The position numbers and the translations under genes are program-made. Of a DNA stretch of 64,000 nt, positions 38,132 to 46,704 are shown in pieces. The DNA lies in IMG/VR virus record IMGVR_UViG_3300035696_000019, positions 41,924-105,923 of that record; one strand, written 5' to 3'. Numbering within the stretch: the stretch's first letter is position 1; the number at the start of each line of letters is the position of its first letter. This DNA is from a virus. The notes beneath the pieces are model-generated. The model worked only from the letters and a program-made list of their open reading frames with translations. It was not told where the DNA came from and did not search any database.

Positions 38132-38932
38132 TTACTGCGGAATGTCAGCCAGCAGGTCGTCCAGATCGGATTCCAGCGAGGCGCTAGCGCGCGCGCTTTC
38201 CACTACGCGACCCGCTTCCGCTTCGCCGGTTGCCGCAACCGATGCGGGTCGCGCTGCCGGGGCCGGCAACAAACCGGAGACAGTGCGAATCGCGCCCAGT
38301 GCACGCCTTTCCTGCTCCTCCGATTCCTGCGCCACGAATTCGTCCAGATTGCGACGCTTTTCCATCGCGCCCTTCGGCATGGCGATCTTCTTCGGGCTGA
38401 CGTTCACGCTGTAGCGCGTATTCAGCCCCTTGCCAGTGCGTTCGATTACGACGATTTGCGGCTCGGAGTCGTCGAGCAAGGCTTCCGCCCAGTCTTCCAT
38501 CAGCGAGTTCAGATCGGAGAAGATGCCCTTGCCCACTTCGAGCACTTGCGGCTCGTTCGGGGTGTCGGTATCCAGCGCCAACACGTTCAGCACGAAGCCC
38601 TGCTTGGAACCGGCTTCCTTGAGCATGTTGATGACGGCATCTTCGGTGGCGTGCGATTGCGCTTGCGCGATACCGGCACAGACTGCGCAAGGTGTGCCGT
38701 AGGTCTTGTCAGCGCACGGATAAACAGCCTGGATCTGACCGGCGGCATCCTTGATGTAGTGCTGGCCGAATTCATGGAACCAGACATGCTCTTCGCCTTT
38801 GCGCCAGCCTTGCAGGATCACAAAGCGGTTGGTGCCAGCGACCGGCTTGATGGTCTTTTCCTTCGGCTTGAGGGCGGCTTTTTTCTGTTGGGTCAGATTC
38901 TTGAGTGCTGAGAAGTCCATTTGTTTGCTCAC
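38132..38932 (-). CDS. single-stranded DNA-binding protein (gp32-like)
   Basis: H...C...C..C Zn motif, GKGLNTRY and acidic tail; located next to recA and the exonuclease. Confidence 0.75.
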   Translation of the reverse strand: MSKQMDFSALKNLTQQKKAALKPKEKTIKPVAGTNRFVILQGWRKGEEHVWFHEFGQHYIKDAAGQIQAVYPCADKTYGTPCAVCAGIAQAQSHATEDAVINMLKEAGSKQGFVLNVLALDTDTPNEPQVLEVGKGIFSDLNSLMEDWAEALLDDSEPQIVVIERTGKGLNTRYSVNVSPKKIAMPKGAMEKRRNLDEFVAQESEEQERRALGAIRTVSGLLPAPAARPASVAATGEAEAGRVVESARASASLESDLDDLLADIPQ

Positions 38933-39075
38933 TTTCGTTTGGCGTAAATTAAGTGCTTGGTGAATTCACCAGATGCGGTTAATGCCTTTAGATAGCCTGT
39001 TTCGCTATCGGTTCAGCAATTTGATTATAGCTCACTGCTGACTGATTTTAGCAAGACAAAACAATCGCCTCGCAA

Positions 39076-40095
39076 TCAGCCCAACGCACGCGCGGCAGCA
39101 GCGGTTGCGCGACGCGACAACTCTTCGCGCTCTTGCTGTGCGGCCAGCACCCGCAGTTGTCCCTTGCCCTCTTCGCGGCGATCTGCGCCAAGCTGAATCA
39201 GCATGTCGCGGCGATCGCCGAACGAGATAGCCATTCCCTTGTTGATCTGAGCGATGGCTTCCGCCTCGATCACGGTGTTTTTCATCTTGAGCCAGCGCGG
39301 ATCAGTCTTGACTGCCGATTCGATCGCCTTCTCGGTCACTTTCGGGCCGCCGGCAGCCGCCAGCGCCTCCAGTTGCTTGCGGTGATCCATATACAGCTTG
39401 GCCTCCACCACGTCGAAGCGCGCCTTCATGCGCCCCGCCTGGGCCTCCGCCTGTGCGGCCAGTGAGCCGTAGTAGGCGCGCATGCTGGCTTGTTCCATCA
39501 TGCAGTTGTCCAGATTGGCTTCGCTCACGCTCACGTCACGCCTGAACTGCGACTGATCCACCATGTAGTCGAGCGGATAGGGATCGGTGGTGACTTCCTT
39601 TTTCGGCGCAACGGGAGGAGCGAGTTCTGGGCGCCCCATTGGTTCAATGGCGACAGCGCAGATTGGCTCAACCACTTTGGCAACGGCGACCGACTCCATC
39701 ACCGAGCCACCGTTGTCAGTCAGAAGAGGCTTGTCGAGAGCCGGCGCTTCGGGTTCCGCTGCCGGTTTCTCATCCGGCACAGTCACCGACTCACTGGCGA
39801 GCGCCTCGATTTCCGCCAGTTGCGCTTCCATGTCGGCGTCTTCGTTGACGACTTCCGGCTGTCCTGGTGGGGTTGACTCAATGACCGGCGTCGAGGCTTC
39901 GACTTCCGCAACCGGCTCGTCCAGTGCCTCCAGCGCAGCCAGGTCAGCATCGTCGAGTTCGACCGGCGCAGCCTCCGCAGCGACCGTCGGGGCGGGCGCC
40001 GCAGCGGTTGAAGTGGCGGTGATCGCTTCCAGATCGGTGAGCAGGCTCATCAGCTCCTCTTCACTCACTGCGACTTCGGGATTGGTTGTTGCCAT
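39076..40095 (-). CDS. UvsY-like recombination mediator with long acidic N-terminal extension
   Basis: C-terminal helical domain (VTEKAIESAVKTDPRW) and genomic context. Confidence 0.5.
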   Translation of the reverse strand: MATTNPEVAVSEEELMSLLTDLEAITATSTAAAPAPTVAAEAAPVELDDADLAALEALDEPVAEVEASTPVIESTPPGQPEVVNEDADMEAQLAEIEALASESVTVPDEKPAAEPEAPALDKPLLTDNGGSVMESVAVAKVVEPICAVAIEPMGRPELAPPVAPKKEVTTDPYPLDYMVDQSQFRRDVSVSEANLDNCMMEQASMRAYYGSLAAQAEAQAGRMKARFDVVEAKLYMDHRKQLEALAAAGGPKVTEKAIESAVKTDPRWLKMKNTVIEAEAIAQINKGMAISFGDRRDMLIQLGADRREEGKGQLRVLAAQQEREELSRRATAAAARALG

Positions 40096-40179
40096 GTTCG
40101 TATTCCTTGCGTCATTTGGTTCGACAGTTGAATGGTATAGAGCGCGGCCAGGGGTTGAAATCACCCCTGACCATGTTCC

Positions 40180-41430
40180 CTATTCCAGAATTTCGGCAAC
40201 CTTCTGGAAGGTTGCCAGTAGCAGTTCCGCTTTTTCGGGCGTGAACACCAGTTGCACCGGGTTCAGACCGCACACGATCGAGGCATCCAGCTTCGGGTCG
40301 TAAATAGCCTGTCCCACCAGTTCGGACGGCGGCGACTTCTGGCCCGGCAGCAGGCGCTTGATGGTTGCGCTGCCCAATGCCACGATGACCGAGGGTTTGA
40401 TCAATTCGATTTCACGCTCGATATACTTGGCGCAGCCATTGATCTGCTCATTCGACAGAAATTTGCCGTCTTTCTTGGCTTTGACCAACGTGGTGTAGTA
40501 GCCCTCCGCCACATTCAGCCCCGCATCTTTCATGGCGGCTTTGACGAAATCGGCAGCGTCGCCCACCAGCAGCTTGTCCTCCCTCTCCTCCTGCCAGGTT
40601 GGGCAATCGGCAATGACCATGAATTTGACCTTGCTCTTGCAGCGCACCGTCGGGTGTCCCGCGCCGGCCAGCGAGCAATCCTCGCACTTGGTCTTGTAGT
40701 CTTGCGCCAATTCGATAATTTGAGTGCGTAGGAATTTTTCACTCAGGTCAGTCACGCGATCCGCCTTCACCGAGTCGATGATGAGGCCCGGCAATAGCTC
40801 CATCTGGTCTTTGCGGCGCGAATCATGACGCGCAGGCTTGGCGCCAGGGTCAATGTTCGCCAGTGCGCCGACCAGCTTGAGACTTTCCACCACTCGCACG
40901 TTGACCTTGGAGCCAGGCTCGGCGGCTGCGTATTCGAATTCCTGCACGGTATCGAAACGCCCCTTGACCGGACAGTCTTCATCCATGCCGTATACCGCTT
41001 CGCCATTGCGCTTGGTCTTGACCACCTTCCAGTCACGGTTATTGACGCGCAGTTCCATGATGCGTCGCGCGGTCGTGTCGGACACCCCTTTGACCGCATT
41101 GAACGGCGCGAGAATATGCTGGTCATCGGGGATCACATAAGTGTCGGCGGAGCGATTGATGTCCGGCGGCAGTAGCTCAATACCGGCCTCGCGCGCATCC
41201 TTGACCAGTCCCGGCAGCTTGTCTTCCGCCACAATGGACATGCAGGCGGCGAAGTATTCCGCCGGGTAGCGCACCCGCAGCCACATGGTGAAGTAGCTGA
41301 TGATCGAGTAGGCGGTGGCGTGGGATTTGTTGAAGCCATACTGCGCAAATGTCTCCAATTTATCAAACAGTCGCTCTGCATCGGCTTGAGCCATGCCGTT
41401 GTCCACTATTTTGCAGGCGGTAATTTTCAT
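40180..41430 (-). CDS. dnaE: DNA polymerase III alpha, C-terminal part (finger/HhH) fused to a degenerate family-4 UDG domain
   Basis: GGAG RBS before MKITACK; YGFNKSH, PDINRS and VKGV; then C..C.L...FMVIADCP...C..YIEREIELIKPSVIVALG. Confidence 0.9.
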   Translation of the reverse strand: MKITACKIVDNGMAQADAERLFDKLETFAQYGFNKSHATAYSIISYFTMWLRVRYPAEYFAACMSIVAEDKLPGLVKDAREAGIELLPPDINRSADTYVIPDDQHILAPFNAVKGVSDTTARRIMELRVNNRDWKVVKTKRNGEAVYGMDEDCPVKGRFDTVQEFEYAAAEPGSKVNVRVVESLKLVGALANIDPGAKPARHDSRRKDQMELLPGLIIDSVKADRVTDLSEKFLRTQIIELAQDYKTKCEDCSLAGAGHPTVRCKSKVKFMVIADCPTWQEEREDKLLVGDAADFVKAAMKDAGLNVAEGYYTTLVKAKKDGKFLSNEQINGCAKYIEREIELIKPSVIVALGSATIKRLLPGQKSPPSELVGQAIYDPKLDASIVCGLNPVQLVFTPEKAELLLATFQKVAEILE

Positions 41431-41588
41431 TTTATCTCCATCAAAAAATGATGCACTTGTTCGGAGTCGAAAAGAGGGCGCCCGAGCACATCGCTCTCTT
41501 TCGTCAAGCCAGAGTTCCACGCTGACCGCCCTTTCTTTGCCATTTCTCCGCGCCTGAGACTATGTTTCTGTAGCCAGTTTTTATCCAT
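41427..41588 (-). pseudogene. 53-aa remnant of an HNH homing endonuclease between the two dnaE halves
   Basis: Manual translation MDKNW...KGRSAWNSGLTKESDVLGRPLFDSEQVHH; stop overlaps the dnaE-C start (ATGA). Confidence 0.6.
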
Positions 41589-41598
41589 GATTTTCACA

Positions 41599-41614
41599 AA
41601 GTCACCAATGACTT
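41599..41614. promoter_or_regulatory. perfect operator box AAGTCA-CCAA-TGACTT
   Basis: Read directly; another perfect copy is at 46676-46691. Confidence 0.8.
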
Positions 41615-41632
41615 ATTCGGCATAGCAACAGA

Positions 41633-43999
41633 TTACAAGCCACTCAATAGCGTGTAACCTTTTGCCATAATCTCCTCTACGGTAAACTTTTCGTCGCTTT
41701 CGCTGACTGCAAATTTTGCCGCGCGATGAACTCGTTTTACAGTGCCATTCTCAAGAGTGACCTCAATTTCCCCTTTCGTTGCGCCATAAACGAATTTCTC
41801 TCGCATGGACGCCATAAGCGTCGCGTCTTTCTTGCCCATCGCCTTGCGTAGCTTGTCGGCTTCCGCCAGTGTGTAGCCCGCCACGTCTTGCGACACGCGC
41901 ATAACCTGCTCTTGATAGATCATCACCCCGTAGGTGGTTTCCAGTGCACCGATCATGTTCGGATGGTCGTAATGTGGCGCGCGATGGCCTTGCCTGATGC
42001 GCACGAATTCATCCAGCATGCCGGAATCCATCGGGCCGGGGCGGTAGAGCGCGGTCGCGGCAGTGATGTCTTCGAACGTCAGGCGGCCACCTTGCGCAAT
42101 GTCGCGCAGCAGCTTCTTCATGCCTGAACTTTCAAACTGGAATACGCCGGTCGTCTCGCCGCGCCCGAAGGCATCCATGATGTCGGGGTCTTCCAGCGGC
42201 AGCGTCAGGTAATCCACCTCAATGCCATGCCGCTCTTTGATCATGCGCTTGGCGATGTCGAGCACGTCGAGCGTGGACAGGCCCAGAATGTCCATCTTGA
42301 CGAGGCCCATGTCCTCGACCACGCGTTTGTCCCAATTCGTTACCGGCGATTCACCGCGCGTTTCAACCACGGCGCGCTCGGTCAATGGTTCGCCTGCCAC
42401 CACCACACCCGCAGCATGTGTGCCGAATGAGCGCATCACGCCTTCCAGCTTGGTTGCATGGCTCCAGATGGTCGGGAACTCGCTCTTGAAGCGTTCCAAC
42501 TCAGGCACGGCTTTGGCTGCCTCTGTCAGCGAGAACGACGTGCCGCCCTCTTTGGGCACCAGCTTGGTGGCGGTCATGTCGAGACCCGACAACCCGAATA
42601 CACGCCCGGTATCGCGTAGCGCCGATGCGGAGGCCAGTGTGGCGTAGTTGGAGATACCGGCGACGCGATCTGCACCATAGGTGTCGCGCAGGTATTCAAT
42701 AACCTTGTGGCGCACTGAACTGGCGAAGTCCAGATCGGCGTCGGGCAAATCCTGACGCTCGGGGTTGATGAAGCGCTCAAAGATCAGATGAAAGCGAATA
42801 GGGTCAACTTCGGTCATGCCGATCAGGTAAGCAACCAGTGAGCCGCCGACCGAACCCCGACCGGGGCCAACGATTACGCCGTTGGCTTTGGCCCAGTTCA
42901 CCAGATCCTCGACCAGCAGGAAGTAGTTACAGAATCCCAGGCGGTTCAGCGTGCGCAGTTCGTATTCCACGCGCTCGACATAGGGCTTGAGATCGGTGGG
43001 CTGATAGCCCAACACCGGACGCAGCAGGCGCTTCTTGAAGCCCTCTCTGACTTTGGCGCACAACAGCGCAAAGTCGTTGTCCGACATGACTGGCAGACAC
43101 ACCGGTTGATTCTTGAAGGCGTAGTAGTTGCGCTTGGCGAAGGCTTCGATGTTGTTCAGACCCGCCATCCACAACTTCGGAAAAGGTGTCGGGTCGATGC
43201 CGTCTTGCTTGCAGCGCGTCAACATGCGTGTCGCTGCCGCCTTCACCTTTGTCACCAGTGACTTATCGTCCTGAAAGGCAAAATCCGTGACGAATTGCAC
43301 TGGACGCCACCGGCTATCCATCTTCTCCTGTGAGGCAATCACACTCAGCACGTCGAGCGTGGGCGCGTCTTCCGCCTGGCGATAGAAGACGGGATAGGTC
43401 ACGAGCGTCGACAGACTCAGCGCATCGGCTGTCAGCGCCGCCTTGAGATTCAACGTGTCGAACAGCGGCGTATTGATCGGCGTCAGTTCCACGTAAGTCG
43501 GAAACCGTTTGGCGAGTTCACCCACAATGCGACGGTGATCCTCGACGTGGAACACGTTGAACAGGTCGCCAGTCGTGACGACCACATCCTCCAGAGCCAG
43601 CACATCCTCCAGCCCGACACGGCTCACGTAATAGAAATAGTCGGGCGCATTGCCTTTGGAGAGCAGCTTGATCAGGCTTTTCATCCCCGCTTCCGACGTG
43701 GGGTAAACCTTGATCTGATACATCGGATTGGGGGCTTCCTTCTCACCGCTCGCCTTGGAGGGTTTGCGGTAAGTCGGATCACGCACCACACGCACCGTGC
43801 AGCCAATAATCGGCTTGAGGCCCGCTTTGCCCATCTTGTTGGAAAAATCAATCATGCCATGAATCGACATGATGTCGGCCAGCGCGACCGACTCCAGCCC
43901 CATTGCTTTGGCCGTTTCGACGATGTGATCGATTTGCAGCATCGATTGCCCGATGCTGAAATCGGAACGCACCGCGAGAGCATGTGCCAGGTTCATCAT
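41633..43999 (-). CDS. dnaE: DNA polymerase III alpha, N-terminal part (PHP plus catalytic palm) with a 46-aa intein-like tail
   Basis: GPGRGSVGGS, PDADLD, HAAGVV, KMDILGL, GVFQFES and LRKAMGKK. Confidence 0.95.
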   Translation of the reverse strand: MMNLAHALAVRSDFSIGQSMLQIDHIVETAKAMGLESVALADIMSIHGMIDFSNKMGKAGLKPIIGCTVRVVRDPTYRKPSKASGEKEAPNPMYQIKVYPTSEAGMKSLIKLLSKGNAPDYFYYVSRVGLEDVLALEDVVVTTGDLFNVFHVEDHRRIVGELAKRFPTYVELTPINTPLFDTLNLKAALTADALSLSTLVTYPVFYRQAEDAPTLDVLSVIASQEKMDSRWRPVQFVTDFAFQDDKSLVTKVKAAATRMLTRCKQDGIDPTPFPKLWMAGLNNIEAFAKRNYYAFKNQPVCLPVMSDNDFALLCAKVREGFKKRLLRPVLGYQPTDLKPYVERVEYELRTLNRLGFCNYFLLVEDLVNWAKANGVIVGPGRGSVGGSLVAYLIGMTEVDPIRFHLIFERFINPERQDLPDADLDFASSVRHKVIEYLRDTYGADRVAGISNYATLASASALRDTGRVFGLSGLDMTATKLVPKEGGTSFSLTEAAKAVPELERFKSEFPTIWSHATKLEGVMRSFGTHAAGVVVAGEPLTERAVVETRGESPVTNWDKRVVEDMGLVKMDILGLSTLDVLDIAKRMIKERHGIEVDYLTLPLEDPDIMDAFGRGETTGVFQFESSGMKKLLRDIAQGGRLTFEDITAATALYRPGPMDSGMLDEFVRIRQGHRAPHYDHPNMIGALETTYGVMIYQEQVMRVSQDVAGYTLAEADKLRKAMGKKDATLMASMREKFVYGATKGEIEVTLENGTVKRVHRAAKFAVSESDEKFTVEEIMAKGYTLLSGL

Positions 44000-44032
44000 T
44001 ATTGCCCCTTGATTACTATCTGATGATTCATA

Positions 44033-44722
44033 TTACGCATCCGCTCGCGGGACGAGAATGACGCGACCGTTCTTCTCCTCGACCAGGCCAAAGGCGAGCA
44101 GCACCGGGACGACGATGTTTACATGCGATGATGCCGACGATGTGCTCCAGCCCAATTCCGACTTGAACAGATCGCGGATTTCCGACCGTGTGAGTGCGCC
44201 ACGCAGCAATCCAGCGCAAATTACACTGACGAAGACTGGCTTCTCGTTGAGCATTGGATTGCGACCTTGCGCAAGGTCTTTTCGCATTGCGTCAATCAGA
44301 CCGCGACGCAGCAGCTTTTCGGCCAGATCGCGCGGCTTCACATTCAGCGTATCCAGTTCACGACAACAGGCGCCGGTAATGGCGACCTCTTGCGCTTTGG
44401 GCGCGGGTTTAGGTTTTGACTTTGGCTCAGGCTTGACGCGCTCCAGTGCAGCCATACCGGCGGCAGACGCGGCAAAGGCCATCGTGGGCTTCTCCGCGTC
44501 TGCATCCGCCGCTTCCTGACGTGCCTTGATGATGGCTTGCGCATGACGACGCAACAGGGCTTCCACATCGACCTGCTCGCGGATCGCCTTTAGAGTGCGC
44601 AACGACTCGACCTGGCAGTGCTTGAACGCCATGCACGCCTGACACAGCGCGGCGTCACTGCTGAATACGCTTGCGGCGCCAAAGCATCCCGGCGCCTTGC
44701 GACTGACATCCAAAGCATCCAT
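44033..44722 (-). CDS. hypothetical protein with N-terminal 4-Cys motif and C-terminal winged helix
   Basis: GCFG...C..C....C. Confidence 0.75.
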   Translation of the reverse strand: MDALDVSRKAPGCFGAASVFSSDAALCQACMAFKHCQVESLRTLKAIREQVDVEALLRRHAQAIIKARQEAADADAEKPTMAFAASAAGMAALERVKPEPKSKPKPAPKAQEVAITGACCRELDTLNVKPRDLAEKLLRRGLIDAMRKDLAQGRNPMLNEKPVFVSVICAGLLRGALTRSEIRDLFKSELGWSTSSASSHVNIVVPVLLAFGLVEEKNGRVILVPRADA

Positions 44723-44729
44723 GATTCCC

Positions 44730-45389
44730 TCACTGATTCAGGCTGTCGGACAACCGCAGCAACTCTTCATGTGCGGCGCGCACTCTGCCCGCTGGCACAC
44801 CCATGCGCGTCATCAGGCGACAGATCAGTTGCAGATCTGTCGCCACGCGAGCGCGTTGACCTTGAGTGCGCGCGTAGTTGGCATGTGCCTCTTCCGCGCA
44901 GATTTCACGTTGTAATGCCGCAGAGGGCGCAAGCATCCAGCGCAACATCAGGCTGGCGAGCGGCGACAGTGTGCGTAGTGCCTGACGCACGCCCATGCGT
45001 CGCGTCCACAGCTCCTCCGGCGAGAGCGTGCCGGAGTCGATACACTCCAGCAGATCTCCATCCGAATCGTCCGGCATCAACTCCTCAACCGAGCACACGC
45101 CCAACTCACGCTCCTCGATTTGCGAGGCAAAACGACGATTCATTTCGTTGAAAGCGGCGCGGTAGAAATAGGTGGAGAATGCGATGCCCCGCGACGGATC
45201 AAACTTGCGCTGCGCCACGATCATGACCGTGATCAATTCCTGGCGCACGTCGTCGAATTCTGAAGATACGCCGATACCATGCAGACGACGCAGCACCTTG
45301 CGCGCCACGGTATACAGCATCCCCTCATGCTTCTGTAGAAAAGCAGCCACCGACCGCTTTTCTTCCGCGACAACCAGATCGGCGGCCAT
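44730..45389 (-). CDS. phage RNA polymerase sigma factor (sigma70 region 2)
   Basis: DDVRQE...KFDPSRGIAFSTY. Confidence 0.85.
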   Translation of the reverse strand: MAADLVVAEEKRSVAAFLQKHEGMLYTVARKVLRRLHGIGVSSEFDDVRQELITVMIVAQRKFDPSRGIAFSTYFYRAAFNEMNRRFASQIEERELGVCSVEELMPDDSDGDLLECIDSGTLSPEELWTRRMGVRQALRTLSPLASLMLRWMLAPSAALQREICAEEAHANYARTQGQRARVATDLQLICRLMTRMGVPAGRVRAAHEELLRLSDSLNQ

Positions 45390-46594
45390 TATCCGAACAC
45401 GCGTTTGGCAAGCCCGGCTACCACTTCGCGGTCTACCTTGGACAGCTTGTTGGTGAAGGCGAGCGTAATGCCCTGGCTGAAACTGGCGCGCTTCAAACCG
45501 ATGGTGGCGGCATATAGCAGCGCGCGTGGCGAAATGGTGTCACCGATTTTCGCGCCATCATAGGCTTCGCGCACCAGTGCGGCGAACTCGACCATCTTGT
45601 CGGCATCCACACTCTTGAGGCCCAGGTGATTCTGGAGGATCTTCGACTCGTCGGTTTTCTCCATGTATTTCTTGTTGATCACCATGCCGAAGCGGTCGTA
45701 GTTGGCGCTGTTTTGCAGCACGGTGCCCTGATACAGACCGGTTTCATCGCCGCTACCGTTGGTGTTGCCCGTTGCCATGAATCGGAAGTTCGGATGCGGC
45801 TTGACGTGACGCATGTGCTCGGGCGCCTCCTTGATGTAGAGCGCTTTGCGTTCCAGCACCGGCTGATACACCGCAAGCACCGACGGCAGCGCGAAGTCAT
45901 ACTCGTCCGCTAGGTAGGCATAACCGTGGATCATGGCGTGCGGCAGCGGCCCGTATTCGAAGACGGTTTCCCCAGCGCGCGCCGTCCACTGACCGAGAAT
46001 GTGACTCTCTTCGGTGTTGACCGTATGTTGGAGACGCACCATCGGGCGATTGGTGCGCGCGCAGACCTGCTCCATCAGTTCGGACTTGCCCGAGCCTTTG
46101 TGACCCCAGACGTAGGTCGGGATGTTGAGTTCCAGTGCCAGCACCACGTTTTTCAGTTCGTCCACGTCGTAGACGTAGCCTTCAAACACATCCGGCACCA
46201 TGTTCTGATGGTCGTGTGGCGAGAGTGTCTGGATCGGGATCGGCGCGCCCTTCGCGCTCATGGCGTCCTTGCAGGTCGCGGACAGCCCGAACACTTCATG
46301 CAAGGGTCGCTTGACGATGGCGGCCGGTGGCAATGTTTCAAGCAGGTTCAGCGGCGGCGGTTCAACGGCGGCCGGCCTCTCTACCTCTTTGGTTGGGATG
46401 GCGGCACCCGCTTTCTTCGCGGCGTTCTCTTCTACCTTCTTCTGCGCAAAGGGGGACAACAACGGTTCGCCGGGATACGTTTCGCGGTATTCGCTCAGCG
46501 TCATTTCCGGGTGGTCGGACTTGAGGTGCAGCGGCACCGCATGAATTTTCGCGCCGCAAATGGCACAGGTAATCTTGTCGTTTTCAGACGCCAT
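45389..46594 (-). CDS. CobS/MoxR-like AAA+ ATPase with N-terminal Zn finger
   Basis: GHKGSGKS, LADEYD, ATGNT.G.GD and DRF. Confidence 0.92.
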   Translation of the reverse strand: MASENDKITCAICGAKIHAVPLHLKSDHPEMTLSEYRETYPGEPLLSPFAQKKVEENAAKKAGAAIPTKEVERPAAVEPPPLNLLETLPPAAIVKRPLHEVFGLSATCKDAMSAKGAPIPIQTLSPHDHQNMVPDVFEGYVYDVDELKNVVLALELNIPTYVWGHKGSGKSELMEQVCARTNRPMVRLQHTVNTEESHILGQWTARAGETVFEYGPLPHAMIHGYAYLADEYDFALPSVLAVYQPVLERKALYIKEAPEHMRHVKPHPNFRFMATGNTNGSGDETGLYQGTVLQNSANYDRFGMVINKKYMEKTDESKILQNHLGLKSVDADKMVEFAALVREAYDGAKIGDTISPRALLYAATIGLKRASFSQGITLAFTNKLSKVDREVVAGLAKRVFG

Positions 46595-46704
46595 GTTCTT
46601 CTCCGATAAGTGAGTGGTGATGCAGCATATCCGCTGCTGACATTAGAAATTCTAAGCACGGTGACTTGGGTAAACAAGTCACCGCTGACTTATTTTACAG
46701 GCAA

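Noticed and set aside
41431-41520. ORF-track start of DnaE-C at 41520
   Set aside because: The extension overlaps the HNH remnant, and the GGAG RBS supports the ATG at 41430.
41431-41632. dnaE split as a simple frameshift or sequencing error
   Set aside because: There is a 200-bp insert with an operator, a mini-ORF and a dedicated RBS, and both halves are otherwise intact.
41340-41830. Canonical splicing split intein in dnaE
   Set aside because: There is no N-terminal Cys/Ser block A, no TxxH, and no His-Asn followed by Cys/Ser/Thr at the junction.
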